Origin: Octopus bimaculoides
Lineage: Eukaryota
Direction: 5' to 3'
DNA length: 64,000 bases
NCBI RefSeq assembly: GCF_001194135.2
Contig: NC_068998.1
Coordinates: 8,452,413 to 8,516,412 of the forward strand
A model generated the notes under the pieces. That model saw nothing but the letters and a program-made list of their open reading frames with translations, did no database searches and had not been told where the DNA came from. Below, piece after piece: positions 24,452-37,030 of the stretch. The first letter of the stretch is position 1. Each line of letters begins with the position of its first letter. The position numbers and the translations under genes were made by a program.

Positions 24452-25163
24452 AATATAAATACATACATACATACATGCATAAATACATACAATCATACAT
24501 ACATACATATTACACAGGTAATAAGTCTATAAAAGGTTTTCACATATCCAGACGCCTGGGAAGTACATTTACCTGACAATATATCAATAACACAGAATAA
24601 CTACTCACTTAACTCTCCTAATGGCTACTGTTATTGGCTATTGTTATTGGCATATTCAAAAACACTTACACCCTCCATAACAACCCCTCTGTATATAGAG
24701 GACATATAATTGATCCATTCTTTTCAACAGACCTAATGATCTACTATAAAATATATGTTACTCCTTAATTATTGAGATAGTTGTACTTGTTTTAAATATT
24801 TCACATTATAGAAGTGATATGAGGGATATCTGTATTGAAGTTCAACTGCTAGAAACAGCAATTGAAGTTCCATTAAATCTATTTTTAAAGCAGAGTTTAA
24901 ATAATAAAAGGTGTTTATACTATGTAAGTTTCACGATGTGATCATAGAACATGGATGTACGTTAGGCCGTTTGAGCTTATAAAATAATATACATTTCCAA
25001 GGTGCATATGCCTGGATGCATGTGAGATTAAATGTGATATATACGTATACACACACACATATGTATGTATATGTACATATATATATATATACTAATGCAT
25101 TAATATTTTACATGAACACATATATCTCCGTGTAGATATATAGACATACTCCTAGGCCTGTAT

Positions 25164-25211
<48 letters not shown>

Positions 25212-25431
25212 GTATATGTATATGTATATATATATATATATGTATGATTATGGCATATATAGAAGCATTTATATCAAATACCTCCGCGAGCTATTAATGA
25301 CTATATAGCAATGAATAATGATGCACATGAGAGCAGCTGAAAACGGAAGTCACCATTGTAGAATACAGATCACTCAATACACAACTTATTCTAGAATAGA
25401 ACTGTCGTTTTTTTTTTTTGTTTTTTTTTAG

Positions 25432-25461
25432 CATTCTATTCGTAATGTGGACATTAACTGG
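25432..25461 (+). CDS. Candidate 30-nt frame-preserving microexon
   Basis: About 22 nt of poly-T, TAG|, 30 nt, |GTAAGC. Open in phase 0 (HSIRNVDINW) and in phase 2. Confidence 0.25.
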
Positions 25462-26589
25462 GTAAGCAATGCCGTTTCGATAATACTCTGCGCAAAATTG
25501 AATTAGATCGACACAACCATGAAATGTGAATCAACTTGGTTAGAATGTTAACGAAATCAAAGTAATAAAAAAAGAATCCAAGAATCCATATACATTTATT
25601 CTGAATTGGTGATTTTTACTCGCTGTTAATTGTGAAGGTGAGAGAAAACTAATTAGGCTGTAATTCAACAACGTGAGGTATTTTAGGAATTAGTTAAAAG
25701 AATAACGTGTACTCATGTATATATATCTTAACAGCATCTTTCTATATTCTAAATATTTGGCTGTGTATAGTGCGCACCAATATTTAGTAACTCCTAAAGT
25801 CAACAGAAAAGTTCATGATGGTATGTTCGCAAACCCATTTAAATCTAGATTGCATTCACACATGCATTCTCTACGTTTTACGATAGAAGCTAGTATGTAC
25901 CTTATGGTTCTTAATTTGGAATTTTATAGTGAAATATAATTTCATATGATGTTAATTGGACAATGTTTACTTGAGAGGAATAAATACTGGATGGCCCCAT
26001 CTAGGTTTCTATGTTCTGGTAAGTATATTGAGTGTATATTGTTGTAACTGACATATATTTAAAGCCATAGACTTGAAATTCAATGAGTACATGTTAATCG
26101 GCTTCAAGAGATTTCAAGAAGGAAATGCTAGCAATCTAGTCTGATGAGATCTGTTATCTGTCCATACTGAACGACTGCCATCATTGAGATTTTGATATCA
26201 TTATTGTCACCATCGCTATTCTCATTTCGCTAATCATCATCATCATTTTGTACATATTTGTATATTTCTAGCAAGACATCGGTCCAGAGAAACATTCTCT
26301 GAAGCGTAAAGATTGGATTATTTAAAATTTGCATTTGAGAATTGCATACAAGAAAGTTGGATAATAATATTCCAATTTCTCGGGTATAATGATGATGATG
26401 ATGAACATGATGACGATGATGATGATACTCCTGATGGTGCTCGAAAAATAAGGGGTGTTACCTAAGTTCACTGGGAGTATATACATATACACAGCAGCGA
26501 TATATGCCTCAGAGAGACAGAGAGAGAGAGAGGGGGCAGAGGGAGAGGAAGATAAAAGCAAAAATTTCTCTGGCCCTCTCTGTCTCTCA

Positions 26590-26720
26590 ATGTCGACTTT
26601 GCGTTTCATCCTTTCGGGGGTCGATAAATTAAGCATCAGTTGTGTACTGGGATCGATCGAATCGACTGGCTCTCTCCCCCAAAAATTCGGGCCTTGTTCC
26701 TAAAGTAGAAAAGAATATAT
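26590..26720 (+). mobile_element. SINE family C 3' half
   Basis: GTCGACTTTGCGTTTCATCCTTTCGGGGTCGATAAATTAAG ... AAAATTCGGGCCTTGTTCC. Confidence 0.9.
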
Positions 26721-26771
26721 ATATGCATATATATTTATAATATATACATGCAAATAGATAGATAGATAGAC

Positions 26772-26850
<79 letters not shown>

Positions 26851-27349
26851 AGCTGTTTCTTGCAAATTAGGGAAGAAGTATTAGAGAAGGAAATAACCAA
26901 TATGTACTATAATAGCAGAATCTTTAAAATCTGATATTAGAATCTGATTTTGCAAGTCCATTTGAATGAAACCCGTATGAGAAGCAGAAAATAGGAACAT
27001 TATGGTATTAATGTATTTCGATATGCATTATAAACACGTATACACGGCGATAAACATAGGTACACTTAAATACGGTATAAATATATACATACTTACTGAT
27101 ACATAACTATGTATGTCTTTATATATTGATATGGATGTATTTGTGTGTTTGTGTGCGTGAATATTTGTATATATGTGCGTTAATATATGTATATGTGTGC
27201 GTGAATATATGTATATGTGTGCGTGAGTATATGTATGAGTGTGTATATTCCTACGCTTTACATATATAGAAATATGTCTATATAAAGGCTTACATTCAAA
27301 CACACACGCGCCAGGATGTGGCCTTATGTTTCGAAACATGTTCACACGT

Positions 27350-27807
27350 GTGTAATTTATGTATGTACTTAAGTACGTAGGTACCAATATATATGTGTGT
27401 GCGTGTGTGTGTGTGTTCGCGTGTGTGTCCGCGCGTGTGTGTGAGTACACATATATTCAGATGTTTATAGATACATACATATATATATACACATATATAT
27501 ATACATATATATACGTATATATACGTTTATATACGTTTATATGTATATACGTTTATATGTACATATATATACGTATATACGTTTATATGCATATATATAT
27601 ATATATATATGTATGTATAGNNNNNNNNNNNNNNNNNNNNNNNNNNNNNNNNNNNNNNNNNNNNNNNNNNNNNNNNNNNNNNNNNNNNNNNNNNNNNNNN
27701 NNNNNNNNNNNNNNNNNNNNNNNNNNNNNNNNNNNNNNNNNNNNNNNNNNNNNNNNNNNNNNNNNNNNNNGTGTAATTTATGTATGTACTTAAGTACGTA
27801 GGTACCA

Positions 27808-27841
<34 letters not shown>

Positions 27842-28079
27842 CTGTGTGTCTGTGTGTGTGTGTGTGTGTTCGCGTGTGTGTCCGCGCGTGTGTCCGAGTA
27901 CACATATATTCAGATGTTTATAGATACATACATATATATACACATATATATACATATATATACGTTTATATACGTTTATATGTATATACGTTTATATGTA
28001 TATACGTTTATATGTACATATATATACGTATATACGTTTATATGCATACGTTTATATGCATATATATATGTATGTATAG
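27350..28079 (+). other. Block of about 270-310 bp duplicated on both sides of a 150-N gap
   Basis: GTGTAATTTATGTATGTACTTAAGTACGTAGGTACCAATATATATGTG starts at 27350 and at 27771. The copies differ mainly in microsatellite length. Confidence 0.9.
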
Positions 28080-28859
28080 ATATATATATATACATATATG
28101 TATGTATAGATATATATATATACATATATGTACGTATATATATATATACATATATGTACGTATATATATATATATATATACATANNNNNNNNNNTACGTA
28201 CACACATACATACATATGTATGTGTCAGTTCTTACATATATACACATAGAAAAAGTCACGGGTCAGCTGTAAAGCAGTCACAGTGTTGTATGAAGGAGGA
28301 GTTATGGTTGCAAAGCTAAAAAGGTTAATGGGATTCTCTCATGGTTTACATTATGTTCTTTTCACTTCACTGATCTGTTATTTTATTCCATTTATTTTTT
28401 CATTTTATTTTCATGTAGCCATTATTTATGTCCAGCATACACACATTTATATATAAAGCGTCAGAGATAATAGTTAGCATCAATACTATCGGCAGCGTCT
28501 TCAGCGTGAAAAACATTCACAACGACAACATTATGAACAATAGCAGCAACAATTATTCCGCTGCTGTTACCACTACTACTACTAATAATAATAACAATGA
28601 TAATATTAATAATAATAATGATAAAGAGTGCTGGAGTAAAAATTATACCGTCATCATGCGTACAGGCAGTATTAGCCAGCCGACGCGCTTCCGAAGAGGT
28701 TTCGCCACATCATTTCGTTTATGAGGTTTCTCTCACTTCCTCTCTGTCCCTGTCCTTCCCTCGCCATCACTTTATGTGTGTGTGTGTGTGTGTGTAAGTT
28801 AAAAATCATATAACTACACAAACAAATTGAAAACAGAGACAAATGGTCGTCGAATTCTC

Positions 28860-28960
28860 ATCATTTATTGGCAAAAGGGTCAACGTAATTTCGCGCCTTT
28901 AAACAATAATATTAATCCCTTCTATTGGCGCCGGCAGCGGGAAGCCGCGGGAAATGTCGA
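28860..28960. promoter_or_regulatory. Promoter-like cluster of E2F-type and CCAAT motifs
   Basis: ATTGG 28867 and 28924, TTTCGCGC 28889, TTGGCGCC 28925, GCGGGAAG 28937, GCGGGAAA 28947. About a dozen CpGs lie in 28880-28980, and it is not part of any repeat seen elsewhere in the window. Confidence 0.5.
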
Positions 28961-30902
28961 TCCAACGAACGAGCGATCAAACATGACAGAAATTCAACAA
29001 GCAAACAAGAAATAGAAAAATATGCAATACGGATAGTCAACATACAAACGTGAAATAAATGTGCTAGAAATAGCAACCAAATCAACCCCTTTGTATCACA
29101 CCCAGCCATCTTGAAGAAGGATGAAATGTACGTTTGCAGAAATTTAAAAAAAAGCGTCTTATAGAACTTGGAAATCTGTAAATCATAGGTCTTCTTAATA
29201 AATAGATAATATGCTCTAAACACCATTAGCAACACCATCATCTCCCCTACCAACAACAACGATAACAAAAACAACACCAGTAACGCATCAGAAAAGCAAC
29301 CACTTGCCTCCATTCTTCTGTCTCCCGTTCAGATATATTATTGCTCCGAATCTCTTTTACCATCTACGGTTTCTTTCAAGCGTTTAATCTACAAGGATTC
29401 AGACCGAATATCAATGGCACTTTAATTTATCTCAGTATATCTAACAACTTTTTCCAAGAAACATGCAGCATCAATGCAGGAGCCTTGTGTAGAAATCAAT
29501 GTAGAAAGCTTGTATTTCTTGAATATTAAGACCAATTGTGCTGATACCTTGATCAGCTCGCCCATTTATGCTGAAGCTGCTCGTTAATCTAACGGTATTG
29601 TATAACACAGCAAGACTCGGGAAACATTCAAGGGCAAGCTACATATGACAAACAAAATCGAAGATGGGTGCAAAAATACTTGCGAAAACGCGATGTAATA
29701 AACCAGGAAATTCTAGTTAATTAAATTTACACCCTTGGTGAGGAGAAAATTCATTAAGTTAATTATTGGTTAATCATTAAACTGATGATCCTTTCACATG
29801 ACAAGATTGATCGCTTCTTTTCTCTGTGTGCAAAGCTCGTGTATTTGTTCTTGAGTTTCTAGCAGTTGTTTCGAGAAAGTGTTTATCAAAATGATGATGC
29901 TTTTGGTATTTCGTTATACGTAGATAGAAGCGTGTGTCTTAGTTGTTACAGGGATTTGCTCATGAGGTTCAATTTCTGAACAATGCTAATCAATCTTGAC
30001 CTGGGGCCAAATAAAGACAACAACCTTTAAGATGACATATTTATATCCCCTACTTGTAGTTAGTTAAAAATGGTCAAATTGACACAGTAGATAGACAGAA
30101 AAGTGAGAGAAATAGCTGAGGCAAAAACCGAAAATCTATGCAACGAATGACAGCAATAGAAATAGAATACGGTTATAATATTCATGATGATGGCAATGAT
30201 AAATATGATGATGATAAGACGATAACAACAATGATGGGCATATTTTTCATGTATCACTCCCATACTCTATCTGGTAAAATTGAGATTGAATTGTCTTCCA
30301 TACTTTTCGCTCTCATTGTAATGTCCATAAAGTGCCAGTGCCAAAGAAAGTCATGCAATTCTTTGACAATTTCCATTCTCGACATAGCTGATTAGGTTGC
30401 CAGTCACTCAAATTGTAAATGAATACATGCATTCATATATGCAAAGTATGAACATTGAAATGTAATGTATATATTGCGCGCATAATTTTTCAAGAGGCAT
30501 GAGAAAGAAAGCAAAAATCAAGAATATAACATGACATATATCATGTCATTGAAGTGGATCAGAAAGACGATATGTCAGGAGATTTTTGGCTTCACAAAAT
30601 TCTAAAAGTATTGGCTAATGTTTCCATGCAAAGAAAAATTTATTGAATGTGTTGAAAAGCATTCTCAAGTTTTGATAGAGGAACCAAAACAGTATATCCG
30701 TTTGCGGTAAGAAGCGAAGTATTGAGTTACCGAAAAATAATCTAGTTAGCATAAGGCTGTGGTCAGTGCGATGAATGGACTGTTTTGTTAGGGTAGCCTG
30801 GGAAAGATAGAATTGCGATGACAAATACAGATTATACAAATAGAAAAAGACCTTCTGTTTGTATTCCTTCTCATTTTAATATCTTAATACTCAGAGCTGC
30901 TT

Positions 30903-30985
30903 CACTCCTGAAGCAGGACACTCCTGAAGCAGGACACTCCTGAAGCAGGACACTCCTGAAGCAGGACACTCCTGAAGCAGGACAC
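30903..30985. repeat. 16-bp minisatellite, 5 perfect copies (CACTCCTGAAGCAGGA)
   Basis: Five identical units; each contains the inverted repeat TCCTG-AAG-CAGGA. Confidence 0.97.
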
Positions 30986-31230
30986 CCTCCTTGGACTCCG
31001 TCCACAGCTGTCTGTCTTTGGCCAGTCATGGTCATGTAGGCTGGCTTGGTGAACAGGCTACATTCCTACTTATCTGAAGACTAGTCCGTTGCAGGTTTAC
31101 CAATTTACATGTAAGTGGACTGGAGCAACGTGAAATGCAGAATTTTGCTCAAGAATACAACGCGCAGCCGATCTAGGAATTGAACCAACGATCTCCTGAT
31201 CGTGAGTGCAATACTCCTGACCGCCAGACT
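30986..31230 (-). mobile_element. SINE group A (head + M2 + a third tail T3)
   Basis: GTGGACTGGAGCAACGTGAAATG...TTTGCTCAAGAATACAAC is the reverse complement of M2. The tail matches neither T1 nor T2. Confidence 0.75.
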
Positions 31231-31544
31231 TCATGTCTCACAACTTCAGTAATATCGTTGGGAAAATGTTTTGTGTTCTTTATGTTGCCCCATCACCGTG
31301 GAAATATGAGTATCACATTGTATAAATATTAGATTTGAATATAAGAGGAGAGGTTCTTGATTTGATTGTATTAATCACCTTCTATTGGTCAGAGATCACT
31401 TGTGGCTATACAACAACAACGATATTGCACCAACGAGGAAGCCTCTACATGTACGTAGTGATATGCTAAAGTAAATGTCACATGGAAACCTCATGTCACA
31501 AGTCACAATATTTACAAAATAACATAGGCCACATTATATGATAT

Positions 31545-31852
31545 TATTATTTATGCACCTTTTAAAGCTTAGCCAGGCTCATGGGCCCGGTTTCCCGCTT
31601 TCTATGGCGTATGTGTTCCCCCAGCTGGACGGGACGCCAGTCCATCGCAGCGTTACTCAAGAAACAGGAAGAAAGAGTGAGAGAAAGTTGGGATGAAAGA
31701 GTACAACAGGGGTCGCCACCACCCACTGCCAGAGACTCGTGGAGCTTTAGGTGTTTTCGCTCAATAAACACTCACAACGCCCGGTCTGGGAACTGAAACC
31801 GCGATCCTCCGACCGCGAGTCCGCTGCCTTAACCACTGGGCCATTGCGCCTC
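31545..31852 (-). mobile_element. Full-length SINE group A (M1 + T2)
   Basis: Head and middle match 7153-7310; the tail matches 8225-8325. Confidence 0.93.
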
Positions 31853-32879
31853 TATCATTATTTGACTACTTGCCATAAACAATGAATGTAAATGAAGATG
31901 GGATGGTCACGGCTGGAATGACCATTGACTCTGATCATTACTCATCGTAATGAACTTCCTGCGTGTGCTAAACAGCAAGAACAGCATCACTAATTCGTTA
32001 TTTCTATATTTCACAAATTGAAGGCAATGATGTTTATGCAAGTAGGCATTTAAGCCATACGTCATTTTCTAATTACCTGAGAAGTATAAAGGAATCTCAG
32101 GTATTGAATGTTACTAACCATTTTCTGTTTATTTTATCTGCTCCTCTTCCCCCTCCTTGGTACTTTTTATGACTTTCTTTCACTTAACACACGTGAGAAA
32201 TATTGGAAACATACGAGTCAGTTATGATTTAAGTTGCTGGGTGTTATGAATGCTATGGAAACGAAAACGTTTTAGATTATGGCGAATAGGCCTTTACTTC
32301 ACATACGAACACATGCGTTCACTCTGAAACACACGTACACTAATAATAATATATTGAATTCTTTACAGGTGTTTATATATGGCTGTCTTTACAATCGGAA
32401 GCAGCTGATTTGAACAGACACAAGCAAATGCAATAAGAATACTGCAATATGATACGACCAATTCCATTTTATCATGATGGCTAAGAGCCTTTGTCCATTG
32501 GTAAAATAACACAAAGTAAAGTGCAGTAGTAGCATACACTTGTAAAGCTGTTTGTAAATTCATTCAGCTAGTTATATCTAATATAACGTTATTATAAATT
32601 ATTACTAAATCCAATGTTAATATTTTTGCTGAGAGTTGAAACATTGTTGGATCAATTTCTAACTTCTATGCTACTTTTATTCTATTATTTTCCTTGTTTT
32701 ATTAATACTTAGAAATATGGAAGGTAACGTAGTTTACAAATGCAGGAAATTTTTATCTTAAAACACTGAGATTAAGTAGCTGAAATACAAAGACATAAAA
32801 CAAACCGTGTCGTATTTCCACTTATGTTTTCATTTATTTATTGTAAGAATATTTCCAAGATTTAATTTCTGCTGTTATT

Positions 32880-33260
32880 GCGAATGATTTTGCGTTGTTG
32901 TTGTTGTTGTTCTTCTTCTTCTTCTTCTTATTATTATTATTATTATTCCTCTTCATCTTTTTCTTAGATTTCTTCTTCTCGTTCACCTTCACCTTCTTTT
33001 TCCTCTTCTTCACTCTTGTACTTCTTTTTTTATTTTTCTCCTCCTTCTTCCACGTCTTCCACTTCTTCCCCTTCTTTACTTTCTTCCTTTTCTTCGCCTT
33101 CTTCACCTTCTCTTTCTTCTTCTTCTTCTCCTACTTCTTCATTTTCTCCGCCTTCTCTTCTTTTTCTTCACCTTCTGCACCTTCCTTTTTCTTTGCCTTA
33201 TCTTCTTCACCTCTTTCGTTTCTTTTTCTTCTTCACTTTCTTCTTCTTCTTCTTGATGTC
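32880..33260. repeat. Polypyrimidine low-complexity tract, (TTC)/(TTG)/(TTA)-rich
   Basis: About 380 bp that is almost purine-free on the + strand. Confidence 0.92.
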
Positions 33261-35218
33261 GTTCCTGTATAGCCAAATGTCGACCTTACTTGAACAAAAG
33301 TAATCTATCCATGACTATCTAGAAATATCCAAAATATTATTAATAACTGTGTCCGTCATTATTAAACGAAATCGTGTTTGATTCGAGGAAGATTTGTTTG
33401 TTATTTCTAGCGAGTTGACCAAACATCACTGAGGGATTCCACCCTAGGCCTACGGCACATTGTCATTTTTAGAAAAGATCGAGGAAGGCGACCTAGAAAT
33501 GGTTCGCATGTTAAACATGCCACGATAATTTTAAGAGGGTTGCAAACCTTTAAAGGAAACCCGTTTCCCTCATTTAGTAAATCGATCTTTGTGTGCAAAC
33601 ATACAATGCCCTACATAGACGAGCAGTCCGGGTGAGTAACTCTTTTAGGGTATTAAATTATTTGAACTGAATACTGCAGATTAATTAATTAGTCTGAAAG
33701 TCTAATTATTGAAAAGAGCCTGAATATGGAACTGAAACAGAAGTTAAGTAAGCTTCGAAAGCTTTGGTCAAGGATACAAATTAATGAATATAACCAAGCA
33801 GATAGTTTACTATTTTAGACGTCATTTTCAAATAATGCACTATACGTTGAAGTTTCAAAGATGTCATTGTGGCTAGAGAGGAAGTAAATGCGACAAAGCT
33901 AGTAGTCGTGAATGGCACGGTCGGTTAAGAATGAAGTTATGTCGTAATATGAGAGAGAGTCAAATGATCTGTAACAGAGTGACCTGGCAACGGAAATGCT
34001 TCCCTTGTCGATGGAAAAGAGGATTAATGTCAACATGACCAACGAAGAAGTTCACAAACATGGGTGGTCGATCGTAGATCGAATGGATGTCCAAGTGATA
34101 TGTTGATTTATATGACCAGAAAATAAGAAGCCGTTGAGAGCGAAAGCGTTGTTAATAAAGTAGAGGTGGTTGGAGGCAATAGTCTTAAAAATAACTGCGA
34201 AAAGGAGAATACTCGAGAGCAGAGAGACTGTCATTATGAGAGCTGATAGCGTTGAAATATTTGTTATCCATAATCAATAGAAGTCACGAGAAGAAAGAAG
34301 AGGAAATATATTTTTTTTTATTAAGAACATTTATGGTAGCGTTAATCAATGTTTCACTGTTCAACAACTGGAGGATAATCGTTTCAGCGAAAAGTTGTTG
34401 AATAAAGCGACATCTAAAATTCATTGGACATTGGGGAAACTCTGCTTCAAGAACACCCTGTATTTATTTTAAAGTTTCTACATTGTCACCTTAGCTAAGG
34501 TGAATAAACTTTGGTCACTTTAACAGAGGTTATCTTATGGAAGTGGATTTGATGCAAATTTGACCCTCTGTGTTCATTATAAAATATTTGCATTGTGTTC
34601 ATGACGGACTTAGATATTGTGAGTTTGATAACCTTAGCCAAGGTGACCAAAATGTTATAGATAAATGGATACAAATGTGATTCATTGAGAGCATGTATCA
34701 TGAGCCCCATAGATCAAGAATGTTGTAACAGATACTAGTGTGATATATATCATGTAATGCATGCGTAAACTCCATAGAACAACAAAACTTATTGAGCTTT
34801 CAAAGAGTCGATATTTATAATGGATTAGAGCCAAAAATTGCTGATGCTTATCGCCTAAATCTAAATTCTGTGCATTTATTAAAGTAGAACATTCTGCATT
34901 TGGAAAAGAATGAAAATTGTGCAACAAAAATGACCATTTTATATGAGTTTGTAGTTTTGAAAAGAAATGTTTGGAACGTGCAAAGTAAATTAACACCACA
35001 AGACAACATAAAAGAACCATCCTATTTCTAATTAAACTGAAAGATGTTAATTTAGATAAAACTGGTAGCTTGGTCACCATAGTTCCAAGAAATTTCTGGA
35101 TATTCGTCTGTCAGTCAGCACATTCGTGGAAGCCATCAGTATTGTCATCGGTTTCACATTTCAATGATGGAAACATTTGACGTTCAAATACGAGGCTCTC
35201 TTTGTCTATATGCTTCTA

Positions 35219-35255
<37 letters not shown>

Positions 35256-36570
35256 TTGTATGCAGAGAGAAATAGTGAGAAAGAGCGAGAGAGATAAAGA
35301 AAGAGAAGGAGACAAAGAAAGAGAAGGAGACAAAGAAAGAGAGATAATAATAAATTAATTTCAACATTTAAAAATATTTTTTTAAATCTTATTTTTCCAG
35401 TAAAACAAACAAAAAACAAATTCAGATAACAAGGAAAGAAATGGAACAAAAAACAAAACAAAAACAAAAACAAAAAGAAAACTGCAATTACCTTAATTTT
35501 GTCTCCAGGTTGATTAGTATGCATAAATGACTGAACAGATGTTTGAAGACATATCCTCAAATACGGTATTGTAATTCTTCTTTATTTCTTCATGAAACTT
35601 TTCTCTGAGATGATTATCATCTGCAATTAAAACAAAACCTAGAATATATTGCAAGCTTACATTACAGTTTTGTTACAACTGGTGCATTAAAGCAATTTCA
35701 TTTTGTCTGACATCGCTCAACTTTTGAAACAGAGACATTGATTTATCTTCGACGACCTTTTTCAATATGAAAAAGTAGATTCCGAGACAGAGACACTATT
35801 TTTTTTCTTTTCTCAATAACACAACACTTTTTCTATTTACCTTTGCAGGCATTTATCATATAAAATGAAATTAAATTCAACGTTAATCCTAATGATGTCT
35901 CTAGGCAGTTCCATTAGAATTAATCCCGTAACTAGACTCTTACGTAAAAATAAATGTGCCCATTGCTTGGAGGTTCGAGTAATGATTATAACCTGTAAAG
36001 TTATATCAGCTTCCAGCCTCGAGGATGTGGTGATGCAAAATTGATTGTTTCCAGTGTTATTGAAAAATATTCAGTGTTATCACTATTAACATTGAGTAGA
36101 GATATCCAACTCATAGCTACTAAAGCGATACAGCAGCATTCATATAATTACTTAAAAACCTTTGAATTTGTTTTCATGAAGCGCAGATACCAATAGCACT
36201 AATATTGCTAGTTTCAAATTTCTTTCGATTTGAACAGTTGTTAGATAAATTATATTTCCTTGGCTACAACTGGCTTTCATATGGATAAAGTTCTCGTATA
36301 AGAAACAAAAAAAAACAAAAAAAATTTAGCATTTATTTCCCAGATGAGGAAAATAAGAGCAATGTGTCAGCCATTACAGAGTAAGTCGAAGTTCAAGAAA
36401 CCGCAGTGAAATTCTCATATCACATACACAGCAGTGCTAAAAATATTAGAAAATGGTGGACAATAATCATGTGTATAAACATTTCCATATATATATTCAG
36501 GATTAAATAAAAAGACAACAAACGGAGAATATGACTTACCAATATATATATATATATGTANNNNNNNNNN

Positions 36571-36612
<42 letters not shown>

Positions 36613-36651
36613 TGTATGTACACATTTATATGACTCATTATTTTTTAACTG

Positions 36652-37030
36652 ATATGGCTGTGTGGGAAGTAGCTTGCTTACCAACAGCATGGTTCCGGGT
36701 TCAGTTCCACTGCCTGTGACCTTGAGCAAGTGTCCTCTACTGTAGTCTCGGGCCGACCAAAGCCTCGTGAATGGATTTGGTAGAAGAAAACTGAAAGAAG
36801 CCCGTCGTATATATGTATATATATATATGTTTGTGTGTCTGTCTCCCCACCCCCAACATCGCTTGACAACCGATGCTGGTGTGTTTACGTCCCTGTAACT
36901 TAGCGGTTCGGCATAAGGGACCGATAGATTACGTACTAGGCTTACAAAGAATACGTCTTGGGGTGGATTTGCTCGATTAAAAGGCGATGCTCCAGCATGG
37001 CCGCAGTCATGACTGAAACACGTAAAAGTA
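36652..37030 (+). mobile_element. Full-length SINE family B
   Basis: GGCTGTGTGGGAAGTAGCTTGC ... CCGGGTTCAGTTCC ... GCTCCAGCATGGCCGCAGTCA-TGACTGAAACA. Confidence 0.93.

Noticed and set aside
29333-29600. Strong acceptor at 29332 and a GFRP...LVFLEY RT-like string
   Set aside because: No good in-frame donor for an exon, and the RT similarity is too weak to call.
30903-30985. Palindromic repeats suggestive of CRISPR
   Set aside because: The units are contiguous with no spacers; this is a minisatellite.
32834-33303. Lys-rich and Phe/Ser-rich ORFs
   Set aside because: Products of the polypyrimidine low-complexity tract.
33900-34260. Possible L2-type endonuclease remnant on the minus strand
   Set aside because: Only vague similarity (TIDH, YRSFD) and no diagnostic GDFN or SDH motif.
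35849-36045. Strong acceptor followed by a 59-codon ORF starting MKLNSTLILMMSLG
   Set aside because: The hydrophobic stretch is marginal for a signal peptide, the donors are weak and there is no homology.
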